This document shows positions 1-14,000 of a stretch of 64,000 bases of DNA, piece after piece. Numbering within the stretch: the stretch's first letter is position 1; the number at the start of each line of letters is the position of its first letter. The notes below the pieces were generated by a model, which did not search any database, was not told the DNA's origin, and saw only the letters and a list, made by a program, of their open reading frames with translations. Origin of the DNA: Octopus sinensis (lineage: Eukaryota); NCBI RefSeq assembly GCF_006345805.1, contig NC_043004.1:868001-932000 (forward strand), read 5' to 3'. The position numbers and the translations under genes were made by a program.

Positions 1-726
1 TACATACACACATACATACATGTATATATTTATGTATAAGTATGTGTGTGTGTGTGTGTGTGGTGTGTGTGTGCAGATATAGTTTGCTACTGTTTCCCTT
101 TTATGGTGATTCATGTACCTACTGGTGTTTTGTGTCTTACCTTAGTGATATATCACTACCACCACCATTTACCACTGCCATCATCATGGCCATTTCTCAC
201 CACCACCACCACCACCACCACCACCACCACCACCACCACCACCACTACAACTGCCACCATGCCCCCTGCCATTTCCCACCTATTACCTGTCTTTTCTTTA
301 ATCTCCTCATTAGATTACTTTTATAGTTAATAGAAGCAGTGACTTTGCACTTTTCGTTTTTCCCTCTTCTTTCTCTCTCTCTCTTTTCCCCTCGTTCAAT
401 GCTTTTCTGTTTCCTTCCCCCCCCCGTTTGCTCATTTTTTTAAAACTTGTTTTTTTTTTTTTTTTCTCTCCCTCAGCCTATTAAGGCACTCAATTCTGTT
501 TATTTTCCATTCTACTTATATCGCTTCAAATTCAATCATTGACAGAACGATACAAGCAAAACTGACGTGGTGGTGGTGGTGGGGGGTAGAAGTATTTCAC
601 CCTTTATCGGCAAACAGCTGTTTGTTTTCTGTGTTAATCTACGAAGAGAATTATTCGTTCTCAGTCTCTCCGTTCCATCGGAATAGCTTCTCGTGTGATT
701 TGTCAATATATCGATGTTCTACTCTT

Positions 727-1520
727 GTGTTTGTTTCAGTCATTTGACTGCGGCCATGCTGGAGCACGGCCTTTAGTCAAAACCCATCGCCTCCCCCAGG
801 ACTTATTCTTTGTAAACCTAGTACTTATTCTGTCGGTTGCTTTTGCCGAACCGCTAAGTTTCGGGGACGTAAGCACACCAGCATCGGTTGTCAAGCGATG
901 GTGAGTGGACAAACACAGACGCACATATATATTTATATATATGACAGGCTTCTTTCAGTTTCTGTCTACCAAATCCCCTCACAAGGCTTTGGTTGGCCCA
1001 AAGCTATAGTAGAAGACAGTTGCCCAAGGTGCCATGCATTGGGACTGAACCTGAAACCATATGGTTGCTAAGGAAGCTACTTACCACCCAGTCACTCCTG
1101 TGCCTTGTTTTTTTTTATGTCTTTTATCTTTTACTAGTTTCAAACATTTGACTGTGGCCATGCTGGGGCACCACCTTGAATTTTTAGTTGAATGAATCGA
1201 TCCCCAATATTTATTACTTCTTTAAGCCTGGTACTTATTCTATCAATTCCTTTTGCTGAACTGCTAAGTTATGGGGATGCAAACACACCAACACCGGTTG
1301 TCAAGTGATGGTGAGGGGACAAACACACATTCACACACACACACATATATGTATATATACGACGAGCTTCTTTCAGTTTCCATCTACCAAATCCACTCAA
1401 GGATTTGGTCAGCTCAAGGCTATAGTAGTAGACATTTGCCCAAAGTTCCACAATTGGGACTGCATCTGGAACCATAAGGTTGAGGAGCAAGCTTCTTACC
1501 ACACAGCCACACCTGTGCCT
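727..1520 (-). mobile_element. Two tandem copies of tRNA-derived SINE family 1 (head GGCRCAGGAGTGGCTGTGTGG)
   Basis: Pol III A/B-box head, CCTTGGGCAAGT core, internal microsatellite, CCAGCATGGCCGCAGTCAAATGACTGAAAC tail; more copies at ~7160-7548, 13175-13410, 24180-24545, 35895-36730 and 51310-51732. Confidence 0.85.
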
Positions 1521-2037
1521 ATATATATATATGCATATATACATATACACATACACGTGAGGGGCTTCTTCTAATTTCTGTCTACTAAATCCATTCACAA
1601 GGCTTTGGTTGGCCTGAAGCTATAATGGAAGAAACTTACGTCAGTCAGGTGCCACGCAGTGAAACTGAACCAGGGTTGGACGATTTGACTGAGGTCTGGG
1701 AAGCCAGGAGGCTACACCAGACTCCAATCTGATCTGGGAGAGTTTCTACAGCCGGATGCCCTTCCTAATGCCAACCACTCTGAGAGTGTAGTGGGTGCTT
1801 TTATGTGCCATTGGCATGAGGGCCAGTTAGGTGGTACTGGCAGCAGCCATGCTCAAATGGTGCTTTTTATGTGCCACCTGCACAGGAACCAGTCCAGCGG
1901 CTCTGGCAATGACCTTGCCCTAACCCTAACCCTTTTTTTCATGTGTCACCAGCACAAGTGCCAGTAAGGCGACGCAGGTAACGATCACACTTGAATGGTG
2001 CTTTTTATGTGCCATCGGCATGGAGGCCAGCTCATTG

Positions 2038-2082
<45 letters not shown>

Positions 2083-2123
2083 CACACATACATATCTATA
2101 TATATATATGTATATATTCGTGA

Positions 2124-2410
2124 AGGCACATGGCTTAGTGGTTAAGGTGTTTCACTCATGATTGTGAGATCGTGGGTTCGATTCCCAGACCGGGCGTTGC
2201 ATTGTTTTCTTGAGCAAAGCACTTCATTTCACATTGCTCCGTGATCATTTTGACACCTGACATGTGACACCCAATTGCACCTGTACAGGTAATGTCGATC
2301 TGAGTGAGGGAGTGAGCTTATATCTACACAAGCATTTGATCACTATAAACAAATCATCTGTGTGGTTGTTTGGTAAGAAATTGTTGAACCCTCATCTAAC
2401 AATGGGAGAG
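2124..2410 (+). mobile_element. tRNA-headed SINE (family 4)
   Basis: TGGCTTAGTGGTTAAG A-box, GGGTTCGATTCCC B-box, TTGAGCAAAGCACTT core. Confidence 0.7.
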
Positions 2411-5400
2411 TCCATCATATATATATATACTTAATTTACGAAGAGTTTTGACTGTTATTTCAAGCAGGTAGACATACTTAATATGTCTTTTGATTAATTT
2501 TATATATATATATATTTATATATGAATGATGGGCTTCCACTCAGTTTCCATCTACCAAATTCACTAACATGGCTATAATAGAAGACACCTGCCCAAGGTG
2601 TCACACAGTGGTAATTGAACCTGAAACCATGTGTTTGGAAAGAAAACTTCTTAATCACGCAACCATGCCTGTCTTATGCAGAAGCTCTTTCTTTTTTTTT
2701 ATAAATCCTAGCTCTAAGTAGGAAGTATGAGTTATATAGTTAATTACTTTAATATTGCTATAATGAGGTGTTACATAGATATATGGTTTCTCATTCATAA
2801 AGAGAGAGCTTTTAAATATCTAAATTACAGTTGAACTTTCAGCTGGATGAAATTCTTTAAAAGACAGGCACTTGAAACTCCTTAACCTAGATTTGTCTCT
2901 ATTAGGCATTTTCCCTGCCTCTTGTCACTAGCTTTTCTATCCAGTTTTACCGGTCAAGGTTGTGATTGATTGTCCATTTCATTTAGTACCTGTTATTCTG
3001 TGTTTGAGTGTGCATGGTGGAGATGATGGTGAAAATATGTGGCCAGTCGCCATCTTGTTGTTATTGCTTGAGTGTTGCCACTGCTTCGTTGATAATTAAT
3101 AACCATTAAACACCATTTCGACCCTGTGCTTGAGGAGACCTATTGAGTCAAGTACATCAACATCAAAAATCAATGGAAATTGTAGTTGTGATCCCTGTGC
3201 CAGTGGCATGTAAAAAGCACCATCTGAATGTGGCCGATACCAGCGCCGCCTTGACTGGCTCCCGTGCTGGTGGCACGTAAAAAGCACCAACCGATCGTGG
3301 TCGTTGCCAGCCTCGCCTGGCACCTGTGCCGGTGGCATGTAAAAATCACCCAATACACTCACGGAGTGGTTGGCGTTAGGAAGGGCATCCAGCTGTAGAA
3401 ACACTGCCAGATCAGATTGGAGCCTGGTGCAGCCTCCTGGCTTCCCAGACCCCGGTCGAACTGTCCAACCCATGCTAGCATGGAAAACAAACGTTAAATA
3501 ATGATGATGATAATTAATAACCATTAAGCACAAGCATGACTGTGTGGTCAAGAAGTTTGCTTTGCATGTGTCACTTCGTATAGCCCTGGGCCAACCAAAG
3601 CCTGTGAGTGTGTTTGCAAGATGGAATGTGAATGAAACCCATCGTGTGTATTTTGTGTTCAGGTTCATGTGTCCTTGTCTTGACATTGCTCAGTAATTTG
3701 TAAACAAATATTGACAGCATACACAATTGGTGTTTGTTTGCTGTCATCTTTGAAAATTTGTCTAGTCATTGGAGCTCTTCCGGATGAGGGGAAATACAAT
3801 CTGGCTTGGAAACTGGTGAGAGAGGATTGGCAACAAGAAAAGCATCTGACAATAAAGTTCCTGCCTCATTGAAATTCAACTATATATCAAAATGTTGATA
3901 TGTAGTGGTCAGGCAGATAGTGTCTGTATTTTGATTCATGGTTAGAATTTTATCATTTATGTTGGTTGTGTCTTTAAGAAAGTATGCAAGTCACAATATC
4001 CTGTTTCCTTAAAAGACTAAGCATGGGGCTGTGGGAAATCATTATCTTATATCCATATTTGTTGTATAGATAGAAAATGTCCCTTTATATTGAGTATTGG
4101 CAGAATCTGTAGAGCATCAGAGAAAATGTCCTTTCATATTCTGGGATTATAATCCTGATATCAACTTTATCCTTTATTCTTCTGGAAGTCAAAAGTACCA
4201 GCTGCACACTGGGTTTGATTTAATATTCCTTGAAAGCCTTGTCGATCCCAGTGAAATTGTGATAGGCCCTACAGAAAAGGTCTTTGATTCCTTTTTCAGG
4301 TTTGATAATATATTGAGTCGTTTCTCAGTAGTTATATATTTGCAGTTTAAAAATTCTTTGTAACACCTTAGATTTGAGCAGAGTATACCTGAGTCTGAGA
4401 GGATTAATATTTTATACAATTACCTCTTGATACCAACCTGCCTGAGACTGCCTTTGGTGCTACAATAAAATCTTCTGTTTTAAAATGATCAGAATTTAAA
4501 TTTTCCATCAAAATTAAATCTTAATTATATTCCAAACATCAGCTCTTATAATGACAGTTATTTTACTAAATCCTTTGTTTTAAAAATTGACGGAAACAAA
4601 TTGATTTATTTCAACAGGATTATAGTAACAAAAGGGCTATGATGCCTAACTTCACAATTTCAAATTCCTCAAATTCAAATTTTATAATAGCCAAAGCATT
4701 GTGTTGTGGACCTTGTCCTGAAAATGGTTATCACTTAGAGATTAAAGCAATACATTTTTGATTGAAATATCATCACTAATTATCGTCATCTAACATCCAC
4801 TTTTTCATGCCTGCATGGGTCAGTGTTTGTTGAGGCAGATTTTCTACAGCTAGATTCCCTTCCTGTTTCCTCACTTGTTTCCAACCAAGGTGCTAAATTC
4901 CCTATAGTTAGATATGTTTTTCATGGAAGATGGGAAGCAAATAACCTCACTTGTATGATGATGATGATGCTCATTTACAGCCATTACGTGATGTCAAGAC
5001 AAGTGCACACACATGCAAAACAGTCTTCTTTCAGTTTCTTATTTCTTTATTGCCTGCAAGGGGTTGAACATAGAGGGAACAAACAAAGGCAGGCAAAGAT
5101 ATTAAGTCGATTGTATCAACCCCAGTGCGGAACTGGTACTTAATTTATCGACCCCGAAAGGATGAAAGGCAAAGTCGACCTTGGCGGAATTTGAACTCAG
5201 AATGTAACAGCAGACAAAATGCCTATTTCTTTACTACCCACAAGAGGCTAAACATAGAGTGGACAAACAAGGACAGACAAACGGATTAAGTCGATTATAT
5301 CGACCACAGTGCATAACTGGTACTTAATTTATTGACCCCGAAAGGATGAAAGGCAAAGTCGACCTCGGCGGAATTTGAACTCAGAACGTAACGGCAGACA

Positions 5401-6242
5401 AAATACTGCTAAGCATTTCGCCCAGCGTGCTAACATTTCTGCCAGCTCGTCAGTGGATTTGGTAGTTTCTGTCTACCAAATCCACTCACAAGACTTTGGT
5501 CAGCCTAAGTCTTGTTGAAAGTGGCCATGTATGGGACCCAACCCAGAACTATGAAGTTGGGAAGCAAGCTTCTCATCCTCGCAGCCACTTCTGCACCTGT
5601 TAGCCACATCTCTAATAAAAAAAATCTGCTTAATCATTGTTGAAGTGACTCTATTCACCAATGACATCAGCCATCGCTATCATTATTATTCTCTCCTCAC
5701 ATTTTGTTTTAACACTGTCTCTTTGCGTTGACGTTCACTTCACTCATCACGGAACTTGGAACTACAGTCATTTTATTTATCTATATATTGTTTTGTTGTT
5801 TCCTTTACCATAAACAACTTTGCCAGGAGTAGTTTAGTTTGTGTGACTTGACAAAATAGTGCAGTTAAGCAAATGTTTTGACCCAGTAACAGCCAATAAC
5901 TACATGGCTGGCTGTTGTATTTGTTACAATGGGAAAAAAAAAAATATTACTTTGACCTGACCAATTATTATAAACTCGAGTTTAGCCACTATATATGTAT
6001 CTGTGCTTGTGCATGTGTTTTGTATTCAACATGATATGCTTTTTTTTTCCCCCTCCCAAATATGTGTTTTGTATTCAGAACACAATGCATTTTTTAATAT
6101 TTCTTTTTCAAGTATGCCAAATATGTTATGTAGAAGAATTTTCAAATTGAAAAGACGGCAAGAGAAGGAAAAAAATAAGCACTTAAAAATTTATTCATTT
6201 TTTTTGTTTCCCTATGTATTATTATTTTTATTATCATTATTA

Positions 6243-7120
6243 AGGCAGCGAGCTGGCAGAAATGTTAGTACGCCAGGTGAAATGCTTAGCGGTATTTCGT
6301 CTGCCATTATGTTCTGAGTTCAAATTCCACTGACGTCGACTTTGCCTTTCATCCTTTCGGGGTTGATAAATTAAGTACCAGTTACGCACTGGGGTTGATG
6401 TAATCGACTTAATCCGTTTGTCTGTCCTTGTTTGTCCCCTCTATGTTTAGCCCCTTGTGGGTAGTAAAGAAATAGGTATTTCGTCTGTCTTTATGTTCTG
6501 AGTTCAAATGCCACTGATGTTGACTTAGTCTTTCATCCTTTTGGGGTCGATAAATTAAGTATCAGTTGTGTACTGGAGTCAATGTAATTGACTGGACCCC
6601 CCCCAAAAAAAAAATTTTCGGGCCTTCTGCCTAGAGGAGAAAAAAAAAATCGTTATTATTATTAAGGTGGTGAGCTGGTTGAACTGTTGGCATGCCTGAC
6701 AAAATGCTTATTGGGATTTTGTTCATCTTTGTTCTGAGTTCAAATTCTACCAAGGTCGACTTCGCCTTTCATCATTTCAAGGTCATTGAAATATGTACAA
6801 GTTGAGTACAGGGGTCGATGTAATCAGCTAGTGTCTTCTCCTAAATTTCAGGCTTTGCGCTTATAGTAAAAAGGATTATTATTATTATTATTATTACTAT
6901 TATTATTAACGTGGTGAGCTGGCAAAGATGTTACTATGCTGGACAAAATGCTTAGCAACATTTCTTGCAACTGTAAGTTCTAAGTTCAAATTCTGCTGAG
7001 GCTGACTTTGCCTTTCATTCTTTCCAAGTTGAGGAAATAAGTACCAGTTCCGCACTGGGGTCAATGTTATCAATTCATCCCTTCCCCCAAAATTGCTAGC
7101 CTTGTGGCAAAATTTGAAAC
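6243..7120 (+). mobile_element. Cluster of tRNA-derived SINE family 2 (head GGCGGCGAGCTGGCAGAA)
   Basis: TTCAAATTCCGCCGAGGTCGACTTTGCCTTTCATCCTTTCGGGGTCGATAAATTAAGTACCAG core; other copies at ~5080-5450, 7555-7700, 11120-11800 and 28270-28850. Confidence 0.85.
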
Positions 7121-8247
7121 CATTATTATTATTACTGAACGAAATGCTTAGCAGTATTCTTTTATTTGTTTCAGTCATTTGATTACAGCCATGCTGGAGC
7201 ACCACCTTTAGTCATACAAATTGGCCCCAGGACCTATTCTTTGGAAGCCTAGTACTTATTCTATCGGGCTCTTTTGTCGAACTACTAAGTTACAGGGACG
7301 TAAATACACCAGTGGCGGTTGTCAAGTGATGGTGGGGGGACAAACACAGATATATACACACACACACACACATACACTCACATACGACAGGCTTCTTTCA
7401 GTTTCCGTCTACCAGATCCACTCACAAGGCTTTGGTTGGCCTGAGGCTATAATAGAAGACACTTGCCCAAGGTGCCATGCAGTGGGACTGAACTCAGGAC
7501 CATGTGGTTAGTAAGCAAGCTACTTACCACACAGCCATTCCTGTGCCTGTTGCTACATTCTGAGTTCAAATTCCACCAAAGTCAACTTCGCCTTTCATCC
7601 TTTTGGGGTAGATTAAATAAATACCAGTTATACACTGGAGCTCAGAGTAATCGACTTAATCCCTTCCCCAAAAATTTCAGGCCTTGTGTCTACAATAGAA
7701 AGGATTATTATCATCATCATCATCATCATCTTAGAAACATTGAATTAAGTTTTTTAACTGAAACGAAATCAGCCTAGAAGAAATTTCAGAGATTATCCTC
7801 TTTGTGTGACTGATTATGGGTTTATATCCACCAGAATAGACTTTTGGAGAAACTATTGCGACTGAAAATTTTATTTCTCTCATCTCCATTCCTTTCTCTA
7901 TATACAGAGAGAGAGAGAGAGAGAGATAATTATTAATGATTGGCAGAAGTTAGTGACTTAAGGGATGAAAGTTTACACTTTAGTACTCGTCAAAAGTGTC
8001 ATCGTAAGAACCACTTAGCTCTTGGGTCACTCTGTAACTTCTGCTGAATAATAATAATGATAGTAATAATAATAATTTACATTATTTACAATTGATGGAT
8101 ATTTGTCCTCATCTTGTTTGTTTCGGCTAATATACCCTCCAGCCTTCATATTGTAAAAGACTGGCTCAACTGAAATAAAACTATTATAAATTTTTGCCAT
8201 TGTACTCTGTACTCTTTTTTTCTCTCTGACAGCCAACATTAGGTATG

Positions 8248-8282
<35 letters not shown>

Positions 8283-9086
8283 GTGTGTATGTGTGCACAT
8301 GCACACACATATATCTTTTATGCTGGTGGCTTCCTCTTCAGTTTGTGATATATACGTTCAAGTATAACATGAGTCAGGAGTGACCAAATATGTGCACCTA
8401 AGAATTTCCTTGTCACCATATGGGTCTTAGGTTTAAGGAACGATTGTTCTGTTAGACCAGTTTTTGCCTGCGTAGAGAGTCCAAATTCCACTCAGCTTGA
8501 ATTGTACCAAAACTATGAAAGGCAGTGGAAAGTATGTTGTAATAGTAGTTTATCAACAGTGTTGAACCTGTTGAACTTATTACTAAATTGATAACCTGAG
8601 ATCATTTCCTCTGATTTCATTACAATTAAAGCCACTACATCACCTTCATTCCACTTTTACTAATTTTTCAGTCTGCACTTGATGACATTTCCTCCCCACT
8701 TCTAATGGCATGTTTGGAAGTTGAAGTGGGTGTATATGTATGTTCTCAACACAGGAATTCTTAAATGATTTCCCAGCCTTTTATTTCATTTAATCTGTTA
8801 AGTAATTAATAGATAATGATTCATTCTACTTTTAATGTCTACTTTTCCATGCTTGCATGGGTTGGATGGAGTTTCATTGAGGCAGATTTCCTATGGTCAG
8901 ATGCCCTTCCTGTTACCAACCCTCACTTGTTTTCCAAGAAAAGTAATCTTTTCCCATGGCCAAACATGTTTTTCACAGAAGACTGGAAATGAATGGCACT
9001 CGATATAACAGTGACAATCATTTACAACCATCATACAATATTCAGACAAAGAGATATACACACACATATATATATATATATATATA

Positions 9087-10385
9087 TTTGATATATCAAA
9101 AAAAGAGATTGGAAAACTTTTTGGCAGTATTTATTCACCATTACACATGTTTCATCTACTATTAGGAGTTACAAAATTTAACATGTAGTAGAAAAACATG
9201 CAAGATACTTCCTATTAGAAATTCTTCAGACAGAGAACCAAATTATACCTATGTATAGTTAATCCAAACATGAACAAAGAGAAAACACAACAACGTGAGG
9301 ACATGGAACAAGTATAGTGTTATTGGACGCTCAGGAAAGGAAAGAAAGAAGGATTTAAAGAAGGATTTAATGTTTCGAGTGGAGCTCTTCATCAGAAATA
9401 TAGAAAAAGGAAAGGTCCAAGGAAGGGAAGATGGAGAAAGAAAATCGCCAATGATAATACAATATTATTTGAATCTCTGTTTGAAGAATTTGTAATAGAC
9501 GTCTTACATGTTTCTACTACATTTACAATTCTGTAATTCCAATTAGTGTATGAAACATGTGTAAAGGTGAACAAATATTGCCAAAATCATTTTCCAATCT
9601 TCTGTTTTGATATTATTTCTCTGCAGAAAAATATTTCACTGTATTTTCAACTCTTATGCCTGCCTCGCACAAATGTAACATCTACATATGGATTTGAAAC
9701 AATGAAATAAGCAGATATGTGTTTTAAGAGGACACACCTTGGAGTTTAACCCTATCTACATAATACACACAGGCATATATATAGTACACACACAACAGGC
9801 TTCTTTCAGTTTCTTTCTACCAGATCCACTCTCTAGGCTTTGGTGAGACTGGGGCTATAGTATAAGATACTTGCCCAAGGGGCTACACAGTCATGCCCCA
9901 TTAACTGGAGCTAGTTTGTTTGATTTCACCCTTCTGGGCAGTGCCCCAGCATGGCCATAGTCCAGTTTGTTACGTTTCCATTATCCCATAAGAAATATTA
10001 AACCTTTAGCATTTTAACCGGCCATATCAGGACCACATTTTTTTTATTGTTTTAAATAATATCAAAACAGAAGATTGGAAAATGATTTTGGCAATATTTG
10101 TTCACCTTTACACATGTTTCATACACTAATAGGAATTACAGAATTGTAAATGTAGTAGAAACATGTAAGACGTCTATTACAAATTCTTCAAACAGAGATT
10201 CAAATAATATTGTATTATCATTGGCGATTTTCTTTCTCCATCTTCCCTTCCTTGGACCTTTCCTTCTTTTATATTTCTGATGAAGAGCTCCACTCAAAAC
10301 ATTAAATCCTCCTTCTTTCTTTCCTTTCCTGAGCATCCAATAACACTATACTTGTTCCATGTCCTCACGTTGTTGTGTTTTCTCT
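9087..10385. repeat. Inverted repeat (arms 9278-9618 and 10054-10385) plus a diverged partial third copy (9087-9235), PLE-terminus-like
   Basis: Arms reverse-complementary over ~335 bp with few differences; each contains CTGATGAAGAGCTCCACTC(G/A)AAAC. Confidence 0.85.
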
Positions 10386-12504
10386 TGATCAAGCCTCTCA
10401 GACCTACTCTACAATGTCGTTTTAAAAATAAACTGTCACATCATTGAAATCTCAATGCTGCAAGATAATGCATCATTAATTCAAAATAATGTAAACACCA
10501 AATGTTAAATGGTTAATTTAGTTTAGTTCTAATTCCTTTTGTAAAATGGAGCAGGGATTGTGAGATATGTGGAAAAAGGAAACCAATTGACATATTGAGG
10601 AGTGTCAGCCTGTCTCATCAGCCTGTCCTTCTGGCTTTCATTAGAACATATTAAAGAGAGATAAGAATTGGAATTAAGGTTGAGTTGGGGGTGGTTTCTT
10701 TTTCTGTTTTAATACTTTATTTTCTGACTAATGTCACAAACTGGTGCTATTGTCAGAACTCCATAGTCACTGCTTTTGGTTAGTCTCATTCATTGTTCCT
10801 TCCTCAAAAATGTGTTTTAAAGGAATTATTATTTTTATTATTATGCTCATTGCTAAGATATGATGTTTATTGTTTTTCTTTTTGTTATTTTGTTATATTT
10901 TTCTGTATGTTTTGATACTCCATTGATAGATGTCTGGAAAGAGATAAGATTTATTCAAATTTTAAAAAAATGATTAACGAAAGTTGAAAGAATAGAGCTA
11001 CAAAAAGAAATCCATAAAAAAACTATGATAAAAATATTTTTTTGTGTTAATTCAGATAATATTGGGAAAGATTAAAATAAATTAAAAAATAAAAACAAAT
11101 TAATTTATTTGAAAATCCACTAATAAGGATTTCAAATTTTGGCACAAGGCCAGCAATTTTGAGGCGAGGGAGTAAGTTGATTACATCAACCCCATTGCTT
11201 ATCCGGTACTTATTTTGTTCTTTTCTACCCTAGGACAAGGCCCAAAAGTTTTGGGGAGAGGGCCAGTCAATTAGATCAACTCCAGTATGCAACTAGTACT
11301 CAATTTATCGACCCTGAAAGGATAAGTCAACTTTGGCGCAATTTGAACTCAGAATGTATAGACAGACAAAATATCACTAAGCATTTCGCCCGGCGTGCTA
11401 ACGTTTCTGCCAGTTCACCGCCTTAAATAATTATTCTTTTCTACTCTAGGCACAAGGCCCGAAATTTTTGGGGAGTGGTGGTGGTGGTAGTAGGGAGTGG
11501 GTGGCAGTTGATTAGATTGACCCCAGTATGCAACTGGTACTTAATTTATCAACCCTGAAAGGATGAAAGGCAAAGTCGACCTCGGTGCTATTTGAACTCA
11601 GAATGGAAAGACAGACGAAATACCGCTAAGCATTTCGCCTGCCATGCAAGCGTTTCTGCCAGCTCGCTGCCTTTTGGTTCTTATTTTATTGACCCTAAAA
11701 GGATAAAAGACAAAATCAATCCCAGTGATATTTGAACTCACTACGTATGGTCAGAGGAAATGCTGCTAACCATTGTGTGGTAAAGATTCTGCCAGCTTGT
11801 CGCATGGCACCTCCATAATAACTATGTGATGGATCTGTCAACCCTCTCAGTAGGGGCTGAATCACTGAATTCTTTAGGTTGCTAGTGTGGTTAGTGAAAC
11901 CACACTAGCAACCTACATCAATAAATTAAAAATGAACAATATAGAATTCAGTCTGAATCGGTCTATAAGGGAAGCCACACCATTTAATAAACACACAAAG
12001 AATTATATTTCGTTTTTGGATTTGGTTTGCAAGACTCTTTTAGATGAGTTTGTGTGTTGCAAGACGCAACGAAAATTTTATGACAATAAAAATAAGAAAA
12101 AAGTGGAAATGGTACCGGTGAGTGTGTTACATAATAAGGCACAAAAAGAAAATGATTCTCTCCAGACACAACAGAACACAAAGAATTGCAATTTATATAC
12201 AAAGGAGGTGATCCACATAATCTGAACCAACAAAAATAGTTTACTTAATAAGATATCTGATGTTATAATTACCTATAGACACAAATATCTTTCAACTTTT
12301 AAAATTTTCACCAAAAATAATTAAGCTTTAGGATCTTAATCTAGCCATCCTTTATATTATGGACTCTTCTAAAATATATTATATTATATACAGCGTCGTA
12401 ATGCACTTTAGCCTGCAACATCAGCTTGAAGAGAATGGTCCGATTAAACATTCAGTTTTAAAAACCATCTATATTTCAAAGTTTTAATTTTGTAAATCTA
12501 TTAA

Positions 12505-12590
12505 CTCTGATGAGAGAAATATAGAGAATTGCTATGGTGGGAGTTAGCTCACCCATAGCAACCGATATCTTTTTGAAACGGCTGTAAGAT
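12505..12590 (+). ncRNA. Hammerhead-like motif with long stem II, in a PLE-terminus-like segment
   Basis: CTGATGA 12507-13; hairpin containing TTGCTATGG/CCATAGCAA; GAAA 12575-78; ACGGCTGT stem III; GUA; stem I short. Confidence 0.6.
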
Positions 12591-13118
12591 TTTATACCTG
12601 TTCAGGATTCTTTATACTCGCTTTTTTATCTACCGTCTTCATTGATTCAAATTCGAATATTCGGTCTTCGCAGATATATTTATGGATTTATATATTTATA
12701 TTTTTATATATTTATTAATTTTCATGTATATGTATGTATTTGTAAATTCTTAGAAATTTCATATCTCATATGATTGAATGCATTTATGTATGTATATTGT
12801 ATACCATGGAGAATTTCATTAATATGGATTGAATGAATATATCCATTGACCTTTAAATTTGTTTCCCACCTTCTTGATTTTATATGCACATTATTGAATT
12901 GTTTAATAGAGGTTTTTCTCTAAATTATATACATATATTATATATTGTGATATTTGATTTAAAATTGTTAAATTGAATTTTTCCCTGTAAGTTTTGGAAT
13001 TATATTCCCTACTATTATATATATGTGTGTGTGTATGTGTGTATTATATATATATGTATGTGTGTGTGTATATATATGTGTGTGTGTATATATTTGTGTG
13101 TGTGTATATATATATATA

Positions 13119-13149
<31 letters not shown>

Positions 13150-13454
13150 GTGTGTATGTGTATATATATATATATGATGAGCTTCTTTCAGTGGATTTGG
13201 TTGAGAGAAACTAAAAGAAGTTTGTCATATAATGTGCGTCTGTGTTTGTCTTGACAACTGGTGTTGGTGTGTTTATGTCCCCATAACTAAGCAGTTTGGC
13301 AAAAGAAATTGATAGAATAAGTATCAGCAATTCATTCAAATAAAAAACTTCTCCAAGGCACTGCCCCAGCATGGCCACAGTCTAATGTCTGAAACAAGTA
13401 AAAGAGATAAGGTTGCTTGTATCAATTATCTTGCTGGAGTCATTAAAATAAATA

Positions 13455-14000
13455 CGAGTCAAATTTAGGAACTACCATGCCGGTGGCACGTAAAAAGCAC
13501 CATTTGAACATGGTCAATGCCAGTGCCGCCTGACTTGCGCCTGTGCCAGTGGCACGTAAAAAGCACTGTTCAAGTGTGGTCGATGCCAGTGCCGCCTGAC
13601 TGGCCCCTCTGCTGGTGGCACATAAAAGGCACCATTTGAATGTGGTCGATGCCAGTGCCGCCTGACTCACTTCTTTGCTGGTGGCACGTAAAAAGCACTG
13701 TTCGAGTGTGGTTGATGCCAGTGTCGCCTGACTGGCTCCTGTGCTGGTGGCACATAAAAAGCACCATTTGAATGTGGTCAATGCCAGTACCGCCTGACTC
13801 ACTTCTGTGCTGGTGGCATGTAGAAAGTACTCACTACACTCTTGGAGTGTTGGGATGGGCATCCAGCTGTAGAAACTTTACCAGATGAGATTGGAACTTG
13901 GTGCAGCCTTCCGGCTTGCCTGTCCTCAGTCAAACCATCCAACCCATGCCAGCATGGAAAGTGGATGATAAACGACAATGATGATGATGATGATGATGAT
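13455..14000 (+). mobile_element. Family 3 retroposon (66-bp internal tandem units, RTE-like (GAT)n tail)
   Basis: About 5.3 x 66-bp units, then GGCATCCAGCTGTAGAAAC...CCAACCCATGCCAGCATGGAAA...GATGATG; other copies at ~1675-2035, 3190-3510, 29730-29895, 30330-30590 and 31085-31385. Confidence 0.8.

Noticed and set aside
339-349. ARE-like GTGACTTTGCA in the probable Keap1 5' intron (possible Nrf2 feedback site)
   Set aside because: Several matches to this short consensus are expected by chance in 64 kb; no conservation evidence available
1918-1931. Telomere-like (CCCTAA)2
   Set aside because: Only two units, inside a retroposon copy
4097-4419. Overlapping ORFs on both strands with protein-like composition
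   Set aside because: No recognisable domain, no convincing splice-site pair, and one end runs into a SINE remnant
13479-13831. Regularly spaced repeats resembling a CRISPR array
   Set aside because: Whole units repeat with no unique spacers; eukaryotic retroposon context
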